A stretch of 64,000 nt of DNA from Pavona decussata. Its lineage: Eukaryota. Each line of letters starts with the position of its first letter. Positions within the stretch are counted from its first letter, which is position 1. The notes below the pieces were generated by a model. It was not told the origin of the DNA and ran no database searches. It saw only the letters and a program-made list of their open reading frames with translations. Position numbers and translations under genes: made by a program. This document shows positions 25,501-37,994 of the stretch, in pieces. The stretch spans positions 868,001-932,000 of the forward strand of contig CDRNST010000122.1 of NCBI GenBank assembly GCA_977016875.1, read 5' to 3'.

Positions 25501-28500
25501 CCCTTGGTAGCTCGGCGCACTTGTTTGTTTAGTTTTTGCTCCTGTTTTTTCACTGCGTCATTTTAAATTTTTAGTTTGTAATGTTTGAATGCTCGGACCC
25601 AGTAATACCTTTACTATAAACACTTGTTAAGGGTAAAGAAAGGGTTTTTATTCATTTTACTACTTTCGTGTGGCATACTCCACACTGCCAGGTCATGCGA
25701 AAGACGATTAACTAGCTTTTGCCTCTTTAAAGCGCTTTCACTGCTAAGATGAAGTTAGCTCCGGTCAGCTTACACGAGTCTCCTGTTGTTCAGAGGTAGA
25801 GCATCCGAATTAGTAATCGGAAAGTCATAGCTTCGACTCCTGGGGCCCGTTTCACGAAAGTCCCAGTAACTTACCGGGCCCGATAAGTGACTTTGGTGAT
25901 AAATGTTTCTTTGCAGAAGTCAATTTTTGTTAGCTTTTGAATACTAAATCTTAAAATATTATGATTGTCCGAAAACATCGGCCAAGTACCATGTCTGTAA
26001 TCATTGTGTAATTGGCGAAAAAACATTTAAAAATATACTTATCGGGCACGGTAAGTTACCGGGACTTTCGAGAAACGGGCTCCTGGGCCCAGTTGCTCGA
26101 AGCATGTTAGCGCTAACTCGCGTTAACCATGACAACCTATAGGTTTTAGTACCTCTTAACCAATGGTTAGCGCTAACCATGCTTCGAGCAACTCAGCTCT
26201 GTTGGCAGAACTTTGATTTTCTTTTTCCGAGTATGCCTGTGTCACTGATTGAAAAATACATTTATCCAGATGAAGTTACTTCTTCAACAAAAACTGAACT
26301 TAAAGGTGACGGTAATCCTGGGAGAGGTTAATCCAGCTCTAAACTACTGGGCGCTTTTTTTGAACTAAATCCGTGGAGTCATTACTAACCTTATGAACAT
26401 CCACGTGCTTTGGTGCCGCAGCAGTCACCAGGGAACACTCAGTCCTCAGTAATTCAGCCAGTCTGATGTGAAATGCTGCTTTGATGTGCTGGATAGCCAT
26501 CAGATCATCTGGCCACTTACCACTAGTCTCGAACTGTAACACAACTATTGGCAGATAGCATTATTAAAATTGCCTGTATAATACTGAATCATCTCACTGG
26601 ACTCGACAAAGTCAAGAAGAAAGACTGAGGAAGGAAGTCAAGGCAATGCTCAGTTACCTTCCATTACTGGACACCAACAAGTGTTCTTTGTTTCTGAAGG
26701 AACAAGCACATTGTCTGCTAACTTTCCATCGTCACTTGATGGTTTTACTTTGCTGTTTTTGAAGCAAGAACTTGGAGGAAAAACCTGAAGGGCAAACAGA
26801 ACGCCATTTATTTACAATGACGCCGACAAACCAGTCAAAAACGTTCACGCCATTAACTCTCCACGACTGTATACATTGGAGTCTCCACAACGATACCTAC
26901 AGGTGTATGAAAATTTTCCGCCCCTTTTCATCAATTTTCAATTTTGTGGCATCTGTCAAATTTTGTTACTCGCTAGTTATCATGGCGTTCAGTTACATCT
27001 ATGCCCTGGGATATTTTTTCAGTAAGAGCAATCCTTCTGTCTTTGTAACTAGACGTATTACTAGTCCATCGCAGGGTTATCCTTTCCTGAGTTTCTTACA
27101 ATTGCGAAAATAGCAATGCAAAAAAATATATGGAGTTGACTTTTAGCTTTGATACGCGTACTTACTGATAGAGATACGTGCAATGGTGTCGGTAAAAGAG
27201 CCAAAATAATAACAAATTGTACATTGAACTAACATTGAAACATTCGTCTCGCTCATTGATTCTGGCTCTGTCCAAAACCTTACAGAAAAGAAAAAAACAA
27301 CAACTTGTCCCATATTCCCCCCTGCGAACCTGACGCTTTTTATACATACCTCTGCACCCCTGAAAACTGGACTAATTCCCTGAATTGAATTAACATTAAG
27401 CGGCAAGTCCAGTGCACGGATCTGTTTACACAAAGAATCATACACCTGGATCACCCTCTGGGCCTTTTCATCACCTGTGCCACTGTCAGAGGAACCAGCG
27501 GTCTGCAGCACACAGTCCAGCTGATTAGCTACAAAAGTGATTGATTCTGGGTCCACACCACCATGTCTGGATAGAAAAAATGTCACAAGTGGAGTTAGAG
27601 TTACAGTAGTAACTTTTTCCACTCTCTGATATAGAAAAACTGTTAGAAGAAGAGGCCCCTTTACCTTTGAACAAGATGTTTAATAATCCTTCCACATAGA
27701 ACTCCTCTCTCTGCAATGCTTTTACAAGGCCACACAACAGCCTCTAGAATGGAACCATCCTGAAATCGCCGCAACTCTGACTTCTCTCCCCAAAATGCAC
27801 GGAAAGATGTCGCCTATGATGAATAAAATTTATTCATATTATTTTATAAATTTGTGGGCTGTCACAATTATTTACTTCTAGCTGTGGCTGATTTATTTGT
27901 AACTTCTCTCTACCTTTCTTAGAACAAAATAAGAGGAGATCGGCTCTGAGAAGCAGGGGCCCAAATATAGCATCTGATGACTTTGAATAATGGGGAATTT
28001 GGTACAAAAATACCACAAAACAGGACAACCACTCACCTCTGCACTGTCAGCTGGTGGTCCTGTGTCAAGGATAGCATCTGCATGATCAGAGTTGAGCATC
28101 AAGCCCAAAGTCAAGCTAGACTGGCTTCTAGAGGGTGGGGCTTTGTTAGCAGGCCACTATAATTATACCAAATGAATAGCTACTGTCAGTAGTACACCAA
28201 TAAAACAAAACAATGTTCTCTATTCTCTAGCCTGTGTCTGGACTTAACAGTGCTATGAGCAAAATAAAAGCCTTCTGCACCAAATGACACAAAAATGGGT
28301 AAGTGTAAGGTGATTGTCCATAACGAAAAAATACACTCATGTAATTAATATTCATTTGTATAGAATCCTGCATTCTGTAGACTAATTTAGTCACACCATG
28401 TACATGGGTGAACAAGCGTATTTCAGATCTAAGTAGAGTTAAGTCATGATCATACAGCTAAACTATGTACAGTGCAAAGTTAATACATGCTGGGCAACTT

Positions 28501-31500
28501 AGGATAATTATTGTACAAAATATGCTTTCTGGATAGCATGAAACTTGTAAAAATAATACAAAGGAAGCTCATGGAGTTTTTGGATGTTGTCGAAACCCTT
28601 GTTTGCAAGCTACATGTCCTGTGCATACTGGTGCAGGTTTCTTTAACATAACTGTTGTTTTGCATCACTTGGTGATTGCAACACCAAGAAATTACACTGT
28701 ACCAGAAATTGCACTTTAACCCTTCAAGTTCAGACACTGTTTATTATCAACATCCCTACAAAATGGCCACAAAAATTAAGTTCCTACATCCAACCAATTG
28801 ATAGTCAAGAGAGGGTTTTCTTCGAATTTCTTTTGTACCAGAAACATTACAGTTAGAGAGAAGGAATGCTATGAGCTTATTGCCAAACCGCAACTCACCT
28901 GGCATGGAGCTTGTGGTTTGTAACATAGCATGTCTACTCTCTTTCCCAGGCCCCTGGTGACAAGGTGAAGCAACCAATCAGCAATAACTGGGGTCCAGTC
29001 TCCAGGGTGATCAATCAGGTGACTGATGAGATCATTCCTCTTACAGACAGCTTCCAGTGAACTAATGTTTGAAATTCTGGAAGAAAAACAACAATAATAG
29101 ATCACAGCTAAAGTGCATCTCTTTCTAGAATGATTCATCCTGACCTGACTTGGGTTCTAAGGGTGCATAGCTTAATTTTCGCTTTCTAGAAGGGCAACAC
29201 AAATACTGTACTATTATAGTGGAACAGTGGTCAGGCAACCTGTAGTTCTCTTGGTTGACTCCAGAAACTTAAATTAAGTGTCAGCTTGACAGGGCAACTG
29301 ACCCCCCCCCCCCCCAAAAAAAAAAAAAAAAAAAAAAACAATACTTTTTTGCAAGGAGCATGGTATAGAGATTGTTACACAGTGGACAGAACATGTGGCA
29401 AACAAATTGGGGTGGGATTGATGTGGGTGCAAGATAATTTGCAAAAAAAATTGTATTTCTACTTACTGTAAAAACTGATCAAATTTTTGGGTAAATGGGA
29501 CAGGTTTCATAAAGAGAACTTCAAAACCATCCAAGAAATTACTGTCCAAAAATTCCATTGATAATCTGGCTTCACGCTGCAGCTGTGAGTTGATATTAAA
29601 GACAAAGAAGAAGTGAAATGCGTCAGTTCTGTGAATATGTACAATGTATGCTGTATTTTATTTTCCTAAGTTGTTTTGATATTCCTAAAAATTACTAAAC
29701 AATAATAATACAATAAAAATTAATGACCATTAGATTTCCAGGACAAAGGAAAACTGTAAGGAAAGTGAATCAAAGCACAAACAAATGTTAACAATGATCA
29801 TAGTTTTATAAACATTGATAGTAGTTACAGGTATTGTTGACTTACTCTTCTGTATTGAGCCGCAGTCATTTCAGCACACAAGTTAAGATGGCCAGATGGA
29901 TCAACAAACACCACATCAAATGCAGCATGAAAATCTCCCTTGGATGGCTACAGGAATGACACTAAAGGTAAGTGATGGCAAAGCAATGCAATACTAGACT
30001 CTATACTGTGATCTGGGAGACAGGTAAACTACAACAATGTGCGTCAAAAACAAAACAAGCTTTTAATCTCCCTGCTGGATTTGTGACTGACGGATGTTAA
30101 CTTTTGAGGGGAGTAGGATGAGTACAAAGTACCTATAAAGTTCTATAGCAGCATCCTTCTAAATAGGCCATTTTACAGTTGTGTGCTTTGTGACCTGGCC
30201 TTGCATTGGAAGCGAGGCTGGGGGTGACCTTGTTTTGATACAAACCTCACTGCTTTCATATGTAAATACAAACTAGTTAGCATAAGAACAGCATGATCTA
30301 CATATGAAAAGCAGTGAGGTCTGTATCAAAACAAGGTCAACCCCAGCCTCGCTTCCAATGCAAGGCCAGGTCACTTAGTAAACAACTGTAAAATGGCTAA
30401 AACAGAGGTATTTCTACACAGTTTATGACTATGCAGAAAATTGAAGCTTACTTATCTCTGACAAATGGGTGGTTATCACCAATTTTCTTTTTGGATTCCA
30501 ATATTCTTTGCTAAGATCTGCTTTGCCAGCATGGTCATAAACTGTGCAAAAATTAATATCACTGTATTAGGAGGCACCATCTTTAAGAAACCTGAGTTTC
30601 ACGGACCATCCTGAAATGCACAGAACATACATGTATTTTAAATGTACACAGTAACAAGAGGAGCACCATCCTTAACTGTTAAAACAAAACAATGTCTTGA
30701 AAATGACTCAAAGCACAAGCCACAAATGCAATCATCTTACCACATTACTATCTTCTTTCTCCTCCTTTGTCATTATGATTCCATCCTTTGACCAATCAGT
30801 TGAACCTAACACAAAGCCACAGCAAGTAGTTGTTTTAGCTGCTTAGACTATCACCAGTACTGCTTGAAATTAATTTGTTTATCATGGAATTGGTTGGCAT
30901 TTACAAGACCAAATGGACAAAAAGACAAAAAGTAAGAAAGGAGGAACAATCCATGTCTTCAAGGCTATTGAAATTCACCACCTTTGCCAAGCTGCTTCAC
31001 CTCAGTTCAAGGTTTTATTCATTGAAACTAATAATGTTTCAGAAAAGTAACTTATTGAGCTGTATATAATTATTATTACTTGTACATATGTTGTAGGTTA
31101 AAATGAATCCAGGTTAAAATGATTTCAACCTAGGTTGATTTGTATTTTCCTTTGTTAAGGTTGGGTAATTTACATCTGAAACAAAGGAAAATACAAATTA
31201 ACCTAGTTTGAAATCATTTTAACCTGGGATTCATTTTAACCTACAACACATATACATGTAGCTGCCTACTCCATAACTTCTTCCATCTACTATGGAGATT
31301 TTTAGTACATCAAATAGGTAATCCAAGCAATTGTGGTTCTAAAGCTCCAGCTCAAAGCCTACAATTTTTTATATGTGTTGGATGATTCCTTGGTTAGAAA
31401 TGCAGTTGAATGTCATTTCCAAGGAAACTGACATTTTAAAATAATTTACTTTTTTCCAGATTTTGGATTCATGTCAACAAAATTTTAAAATGTTATTTTG

Positions 31501-34500
31501 AAAATTTTGTAGTACATAAACAAGGCATAAAAAGCTGGTGGACGTTTGTCTTTAATGTCCTCACATGACTGATTGATAATGTATTTAGACTGAATGGAGA
31601 AGTTAGATGTTGATCATTTACCAAGGAACTGCAAGAAAACTCTAAGGATCTGGTATGAGCTCATGTGCTTGTTGATCTTCTTTACTGACAGCAAATGTGA
31701 GATGAACATGGACACCAAAAATCCTCCACAACTTCCCAGACCCTATATGTGAATACAATATAAGAGTCTTGCTATTAGGAACTGTCATACACCAATACAG
31801 TTGCTACCAAATAAAATTTTTGATAAGTTTTGGCAACTTTCTTAACTATGAATCCTTTTTAAAACTTTCCTAAAGATTCCTTTATATCACCTATATAACC
31901 AAACAAATCCAAGAAATGTGCAGTTCCAGAAAAAATCCATACCCACCCCACGGAAGGTCATTGGAAATTCCTAGGGGGAGGGGGTCTTAAAAGTCAAAAT
32001 TTTAGCACAAAGTATAAAGCTAAAATGGAATTTGCTAGGGGGAGTGGGGGTGCAAAACAAAAGACCTTCTGTTGTCGGGAGTATGGATATTTTCTGGAAC
32101 TGCACAATACAGTTTGTACTGAGTGTATATGCATGGCTGAGTTGCAATTGACATAAAATGATAAAATGTACAAATATGGTACGGTATACATAAATTATAC
32201 TTGAAGCCACCAATGGATTTTAAATACCCTTTAGCTGGTTGAAACTAAGGTCACAGCTGTCTAAAATGGCAACAGTATGAAATCTGTTTAAAAGTACACC
32301 TTACACTAACACAGATTGACGAATCTTCCATAATGAACGGAACATATTTCCTTAAGTTTAATTTTGCTGTTAGCTTTAAATTTCACAGTCAAAGATTTTT
32401 TTTAAAAGGTAAGTGCTTTGCATTACAGACCTGATCAAGTTCTCGTTGATGCAGCCAAACTTTGACCAGAGCTATAGCATCTTTCATCCCTGAGAAATCT
32501 ACCATGCATTTATACAGATGGTGAAGATGCTGCTCCAGAAACATGTCTGACAACACTGATGCATTGTAATGAGGAGTTGGGGAGCCTGTGTCTGAAAAAT
32601 AAAACAAGACAAGGTCTTCACTCTTCCAAAATTTCCCAAGATGTTAGTTTTGTGACAAACGAAAACTGAAGAACCTGTGGGAAAGGAAAGAAACCTTCAG
32701 ATAAGGAGAGCAAACTGACATCCAACATGGAGGTGCAGCTCGGTATTTTAGCAGGAAGCATATAAGAGGGCATGAAGGTGAGAAGTCTGATTCTACAGTA
32801 AGTTGGACCACTCTTGGTGTAAAAATCTGTGACATGTCTCCTTTGGTTTTTACCTTTTGCTGAGTCAAACACTACTGTTCCAGTGAAGTTTTTACCTTTT
32901 GTTGCTTGATTTTATGTCACTTGTTAGTTTTGCAGCTTTTAATTTAAACCAAGGATGAGCCTGAAGGACCTTTACATCAGCTTTGTTCTCAGGTGTTTTC
33001 TACACATTAATTTAAACTCCATCAGATTAATTTTAATGTCAAAAGATTAATAATTGTTTTGCCAAACTAAAACAATTCAATGATGAATGACCCACCACTT
33101 CCTTCCTCCGCCACACCCTCTTCACCCTTGTACCAATGCTGCCTGATGTTATTCTTGTTTGGAGCAAACCTCTGAGGTTTGAATGTGCCTTCTGATAGAC
33201 ATGGATGTAGTTTGATGACAAACTGTTTTCCAGCTTTGCCTAGGAGGAGAAATTGTTTTAAATTAGTGCTTTACATGTATGCTAAAAAGATCAACAAAAT
33301 TATCAATCATTCAGTGTTCAGGCTTCCACTAATAACTAATTTACAATGCAGAAATTATGTGTATTACTAACTTGCAACATACAGTAGTGTAGTATATTCA
33401 ACTATTGAAAACTACAGCAATAGTAAATACATTCATTTGATAAATTATTATTTTTTTAGAGCAAGGGTATCATCAGTTTTATAATAGATGGAAAAAACTA
33501 AAAGGTTGCTGTCAGTTGACACAGGACAAATTAAGATGCTTCTCAAAATCAGCAGCATTTTATGTGCTGAATTCCACTATAAGCTGAAAAACCGAAAAAC
33601 CCATGGCCATTTACATCATTGGTTTTCAAATAATTATTATGAAAAAAAAAACTGACTGTCCCTTCACAAACTTGCTAACCTTTAGGTTTTAGAAGCAAGA
33701 TTGGCCTCAAAACGTCTCCATTCATCTGACTGAACTTGACACTTTCAAACAAAGAACTCTTTGTCAAGTGTGATGCTATGATTGACAGGTACAGTGCTCG
33801 CTTGTGATGGTATCTGAGATTTAAATAATCCTTTGGTTGAAAACACGCCTAAGAAGCAAGACAGTATTGAAAGATTAAAATTAAATGTGATGATCCAGCT
33901 GCATTGTATAAATGTCCCACTTAAAATCTGGATTCTACTTGCAACATAATCCAAGTTCTCTATAAGTTACATATTGAGTTTTTGTGCTCTCCATTTTAAA
34001 ATGGCAGAAGTGTGATGTAATTGGGCCATAAATTGTATGGAAAAATGAGGCTCTGTAATTGACTTAAACTACAGGGGAAGAAAATTAGTTAATAAGTTAC
34101 TCATTCCAACATAGTTTGACTCTTTCTTAACTTGTGTTTTCCTTTACATCTAAACCAAATATGCTGGATGTTGGACAGGATGCCAAATGTTGAGGCCTTC
34201 ACTTGATGAAAGACTGCTGCCCAAGGTGCACATAGTAAAATTTAGTGCAGGAAAGATCAGAGATATCAAAACTTGGTTCTTCAACCAAACGGATGTTTAC
34301 CAGGTTGCTGACTCACCTTAGGCATGTAAACAGCAATGTCCACATTCAGCTCCGGTTTTGTTACTGTACCAAGAAGATAGCTCCCTACAACTTTTACACT
34401 TGCTGGTCTGTGAAAACAGAACTTCCCTTTCACAGGGGCAGGGGGAGATGGGAGGGGGAATTTGGTTCTCCTTGGCAGCCACGAGTGATCTGACAACTAA

Positions 34501-37500
34501 ATAAGAATAACACAATTTCAGTTTACTCGTACTCATCTTGATTTTGTAGAAATGATTATCTTTAAGCTGTAGAGTGCCTTTGGCAACTGATTGTTGCTTG
34601 GCACCCTACACCCAACATCAGCTTTAAAATTGCTGTGAAAATCCCAACTAATAATAATAAAAAATAATTTTGCTCACATATTATGAAAGGTATGGGAAGT
34701 CTGAGGGCATGACAGAGTTATGTAGAACCCAGGACACCTAAGGCTTTCGCCACTATGGGATGTAGATTGACCTTCTAGGGTAACGGCCCACCTATATCAT
34801 CTCAGGGTGGGAAGTAATTAACATAATAACAATACTAACTAAAATAATAATAATTATATATATTAAATATAATAATAAAAGTCATCATTATTGGGTTATT
34901 CCAGAAAAAATCCACACCCCCCCGACGGATGGGGTCGTTTTTTAACCCCCCCTCTCACCTGGATTTCCTGAAGCACAAAACCCCCCCTCCTGTCTGGATT
35001 TCCAAAACAAAAGACCCCCCCTCCCGCCTGGATTTCCGGAAAAAAATATTAGGCTTAAATTTAATTTATTTTTAATAAAAAATACGCACAATCACGTCTA
35101 GAAGATGTTCTTTTTTAATTTCTAAAGCTTCGGCTAATATTAAAAACTCTATCGCGTGGAACTAAAAAAAGAAAGGAGCAACAATGCGAAAAAGCGAACG
35201 AGTTCATCCTTTGTGCCCAATTGACAACACCCATGGAATCTTAAAACTGCACGCAGAAAACGCACTGGCTGCTTGTTCAACTGTGCTACGGATGATGGGA
35301 CTTCAGAGAGGTTACCACTGTATATGCTGCAGGAACCCGTCCAAGAACTTTCTCCTTCTGTTGCTTTCGCAATAACTTACATTTCCAAAAGTTTTTTCGA
35401 GGTACAGATGGCTACAAGTTCCTCTCGAGTATTTTCGACAAAGAGGGAATGTTTGGACCAAAATTCTTTGGCATTATCTTCTTCAGCTAATAGCTCTGCA
35501 TCCTTGCTTGCACAAGTAAAAAATTCTTCCGCCTGACGCGGTGGGACGTGAAATTACACAACGGTGGCACGCTGGGTCTGGTACGAGTAGAAATGTGTCA
35601 GGCGTTTCAAACTCTTCGTTGCAACCACAGGCAGCCCAAGTTCGTGTCACTAGAGAGCGGAGTCCGTCTTATGAGGGTAATGACAGTGATTTCAAAGAAC
35701 GCCCAAAACGGCAAAATAAACCCCAAAACGCACAAGAATACACCAGAGGTGAGTCAGTTTTATTAATTTTATTGAGTGAAAGTTAAATTTAGCGTTTTTT
35801 TAGCGTAATAATCGTCGGCATTTTAGTTCCCATACAAAGTCTTATAATGCGTTTCTCAACGGCTGTCTGTAACACAATACCGCTTGCACTCAAAGGTCAT
35901 TGTCTCACTAGTTATTACCGGTAATTATCACACGCTCTCTAGTGACGCGAACTTGGGCTGCCTGTGTTGCAACAATGTTGCGATGGCTCATTCTTTACTA
36001 TCTTTTTGTTCGCGTTTTCTGCTATAAAAGGACCTGCGAAGGAACTTAGATTATCATTTATTTTAGGTGAGAAATATGTGAACAAAATATTTCTATTCTT
36101 TTCAGGGTCTGAGAGCACTGAAGTGTCACTGAACTAATCGTTCGAATCGCGTGAACTATCGGTCGAAATGACTCCTGCAGAAGACTTTCTTAACTTCAAC
36201 CCCCCCCCTCCCGCCTGGATTTCCAGAGTCTTTGACCCCCCCTCCAGTGAGAATTTCCAGAATCCCATCCGTCGGGGAGGTGTGGATTTTTTCTGGAATA
36301 ACCCATTGTTATTTTAAGTTGTTGTTTACAATCATGCATCTCTGATAATTCAATATTGATAAAACACATGTAAGTGGTTATTAATGACAGAGAAATGATA
36401 CTATCAAGCAAAATCATTAAAAGTTCTCATATTTAAAATACACACCACATTTAGGTAAAAAAGAAAAGTAAAAAAAAAAAAGATCAGCAAGGCTTCATGT
36501 ACCTCATGATCCCTCTTGCCATCAGGCAAAGCCATCAGCAGTGAATTCAGTTCATGCAAAACTTCATCAAGAGCTTTGTTTCTCTCTTTTTTAGGCTGAA
36601 CTTCAGAGAGAAGTTCAGTAATCTAAGTATATAAGAATTTAAGAAAGCATTGTTAGCTTCAATAATACTTGTCCAGTATCTAATGTCCATCTGTTACAAT
36701 GATACACAGGGGATGACACCTAAGGTATTGTTACATCAGAACTTCAGGGTCCGGTTGTTTGAAGTCGATTAATGCTTATTTCTGATTAAAAGTTAACCTA
36801 CCGTATGTTTCATCTCGCTCCTTAAAAATATTTTTAAAGGCTAATTTCAAGCAAATGCTAAAGAAAAGTCTAAGCCAGATCTGAGGTACAAAAAATAAAT
36901 TATTAATCGTTTGGAAGAATCATTATTGATATAAATTAAACTTGATTCAAAGTTCATGTTAATCCAGGATTAGCTTAATCAGGCTTTAAACAACTGGGCA
37001 TAGGAGAAGGTTTGTGTCTTTTCAGGTCACAACTAATGCATACAAACCTGCATACGAAAAAGACTGGACTTAAAAAGATTTTCTGTTTCTCTGAGAGAAT
37101 TAATCTCGTCACTCGTGGGGGGTCGGTAAAGGCTGTCCTTGTAGCTCGTAGCTTTGGACTGGTGGCTTTCTCCATTCTCAAGAGCTGTTCTCTAAAACAA
37201 CATGCACAATCGTTTTGTAAGAAACTGGAATAAACAAGACTTATTAAATAATGGTACAAAAGAACCACCAAACACCACAAAATTACCAGTATTACAATAA
37301 TAACCCTAAAAAAACATTACCATCACCTCCATCACTATATTCATCGTCATTGTCATGTCATCATCATTATCACTATTATCATCATAATCACCATAATCAG
37401 CAGCACTGCCAACACAATTATCACCATCCTCCTCCTCATGTCATCATCATCATCATCAGCAGCAGCAGCAGCAGCAAAGTGATTTTATATAAGCTTAATT

Positions 37501-37802
37501 ACTTGGCTAGGTTGAGTTTATAACTTGAGGATCGACAAGGCGGTAAAAAGAATGCCTTGGAAATCACAAACTATTGAACAGCTGTATTTTGCAACGCTCA
37601 AACTATCTCTTTAGGCGAACCATCGAATGCCATATATGAAATCAACAACAATAAGATGCACGTGGACATGCAAGATGAGTTTTTAAGCTGTTTTAAACCG
37701 AATGTTGTTTGATCGAACAATCTCGCCCAGCTCCTATTTTACCTTTCTGTTAGTATTATCCACTTCAGCAGTGTTTACTGCAGCTTGGTTTTTCCTTTTC
37801 AT
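20189..37802 (-). CDS. NOL6: Nucleolar protein 6 (Nrap/Utp22 family), about 26 exons
   Basis: Exons include 37743-37802 (MKRKNQ...), 37048-37191 (LYRPPTSDEINSLRETENLFKSSLFRMQ), ~34317-34496 (VKVVGSYLLGT...VDIAVYMP), ~33680-33848 (KDYLNLRYHHKRALYL), ~32431-32591 (PTPHYNASVL), ~27666-27813 (FRAFWGEKSELRRFQDGSILEAVVW), ~26390-26545 (LQFETSGKWPDDL), ~23928-24082 (RLSKRWISAQLL), ~20877-20978 (ALFFHDVYGGDFVGVVWKP) and 20189-20296 (IPNVSAVLADFETIGEGLV...TGA). A minus-strand AATAAA lies at 20133-20138. Some internal boundaries are approximate. Confidence 0.95.
22530..22583. repeat. (GATT)n microsatellite
   Basis: About 13 perfect copies. Confidence 0.95.
22708..22810 (-). mobile_element. Penelope-like element terminal fragment with a minimal hammerhead ribozyme motif (probably decayed)
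   Basis: The minus strand reads cactCTGACGAagggctaacaattGAAACGTCagc, then ggtggccaatttacc...tatcaactctgttgataaaccaaac. The same tail without the core recurs at ~14146-14193 and ~43629-43677. Confidence 0.65.
23577..23816. mobile_element. MITE with CWG flanks (PIF/Harbinger-related)
   Basis: Ends ggcccgggttgttc and gaacaactcggcc with CTG flanks. A related, more diverged copy lies at ~36748-37000. Confidence 0.7.
24530..24900. repeat. GC-rich minisatellite, ~28-29 bp unit (ccaagcgcgggaaaacatgcacccgctg), about 11-12 copies
   Basis: Direct tandem repetition in a NOL6 intron. It explains the six overlapping repetitive ORFs at 24427-24970. Confidence 0.9.
25782..26262 (+). mobile_element. tRNA-derived SINE interrupted by two adjacent MITEs (25843-26082 and 26086-26198)
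   Basis: SINE head ...gtagagcatccgaattagtaatcggaaagtcatagcttcgactcCTG; MITE1 TIR gggcccgtttcacgaaagtccc / gggactttcgagaaacgggctc; CTG; MITE2 TIR ggcccagttgctcgaagcatg / catgcttcgagcaactcagct; CTG; then the SINE resumes with ttggcagaac...ccgagtatgcctgtgtcactga. Confidence 0.75.
30165..30399. mobile_element. Foldback MITE with ~100-bp inverted arms
   Basis: gccattttacagttg...gtgacctggccttgcattggaagcgaggctgggg...accttgttttgatacaaacctcactgct pairs with its reverse complement at ~30310-30397. Confidence 0.85.
31089..31248. mobile_element. Foldback MITE
   Basis: tgttgtaggttaaaatgaatcc...tttgtattttcctttgtt pairs with aacaaaggaaaatacaaa...ggattcattttaacctacaaca. Confidence 0.8.
31918..32105. mobile_element. 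Short MITE of the AWT-TSD family
   Basis: TIR gtgcagttccagaaaaaatccatac / gtatggatattttctggaactgcac, flanked by AAT on both sides. Confidence 0.85.
34893..36304. mobile_element. Non-autonomous DNA transposon of the AWT-TSD family in NOL6 intron 3, with relic coding sequence
   Basis: TIR gggttattccagaaaaaatccacacc..cccgacggatggg at both ends, ATT TSD (34890-34892, 36305-36307), and subterminal cccccctcccgcctggatttcc repeats. Confidence 0.85.
35626..35966. mobile_element. Nested MITE with 7-bp TSD and CA...TG ends (P-element-like)
   Basis: TIR cacaggcagcccaagttcg(t/c)gtcactagagagcg, with direct repeat TTGCAAC at 35619-35625 and 35967-35973. Confidence 0.8.
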
Positions 37803-37994
37803 CGTACTATTTCCTTCTTTTCCTGCAATGAAACACTTCTCACATGTCCGCCATGTTGTCATGTGGAGCAAAATTTCATTACAAAGGGGACTGGTGCTTA
37901 GTGAAGTTCTCTTTGAGTCTTTGTTGTCCAGCGGTCAATTATGAAGATAGAATGTCATGTACGCCTTACTTAAGTGTGGCCATTGAAATAAAAA
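37803..37994. promoter_or_regulatory. Compact bidirectional promoter shared by NOL6 and YTHDC2
   Basis: Only 192 bp separate the divergent start codons. YY1-like AANATGGCGG motifs point outward on each strand: minus AACATGGCGG at 37848-37857 and plus AAAATGGCGG at 37992-38001. Confidence 0.75.
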
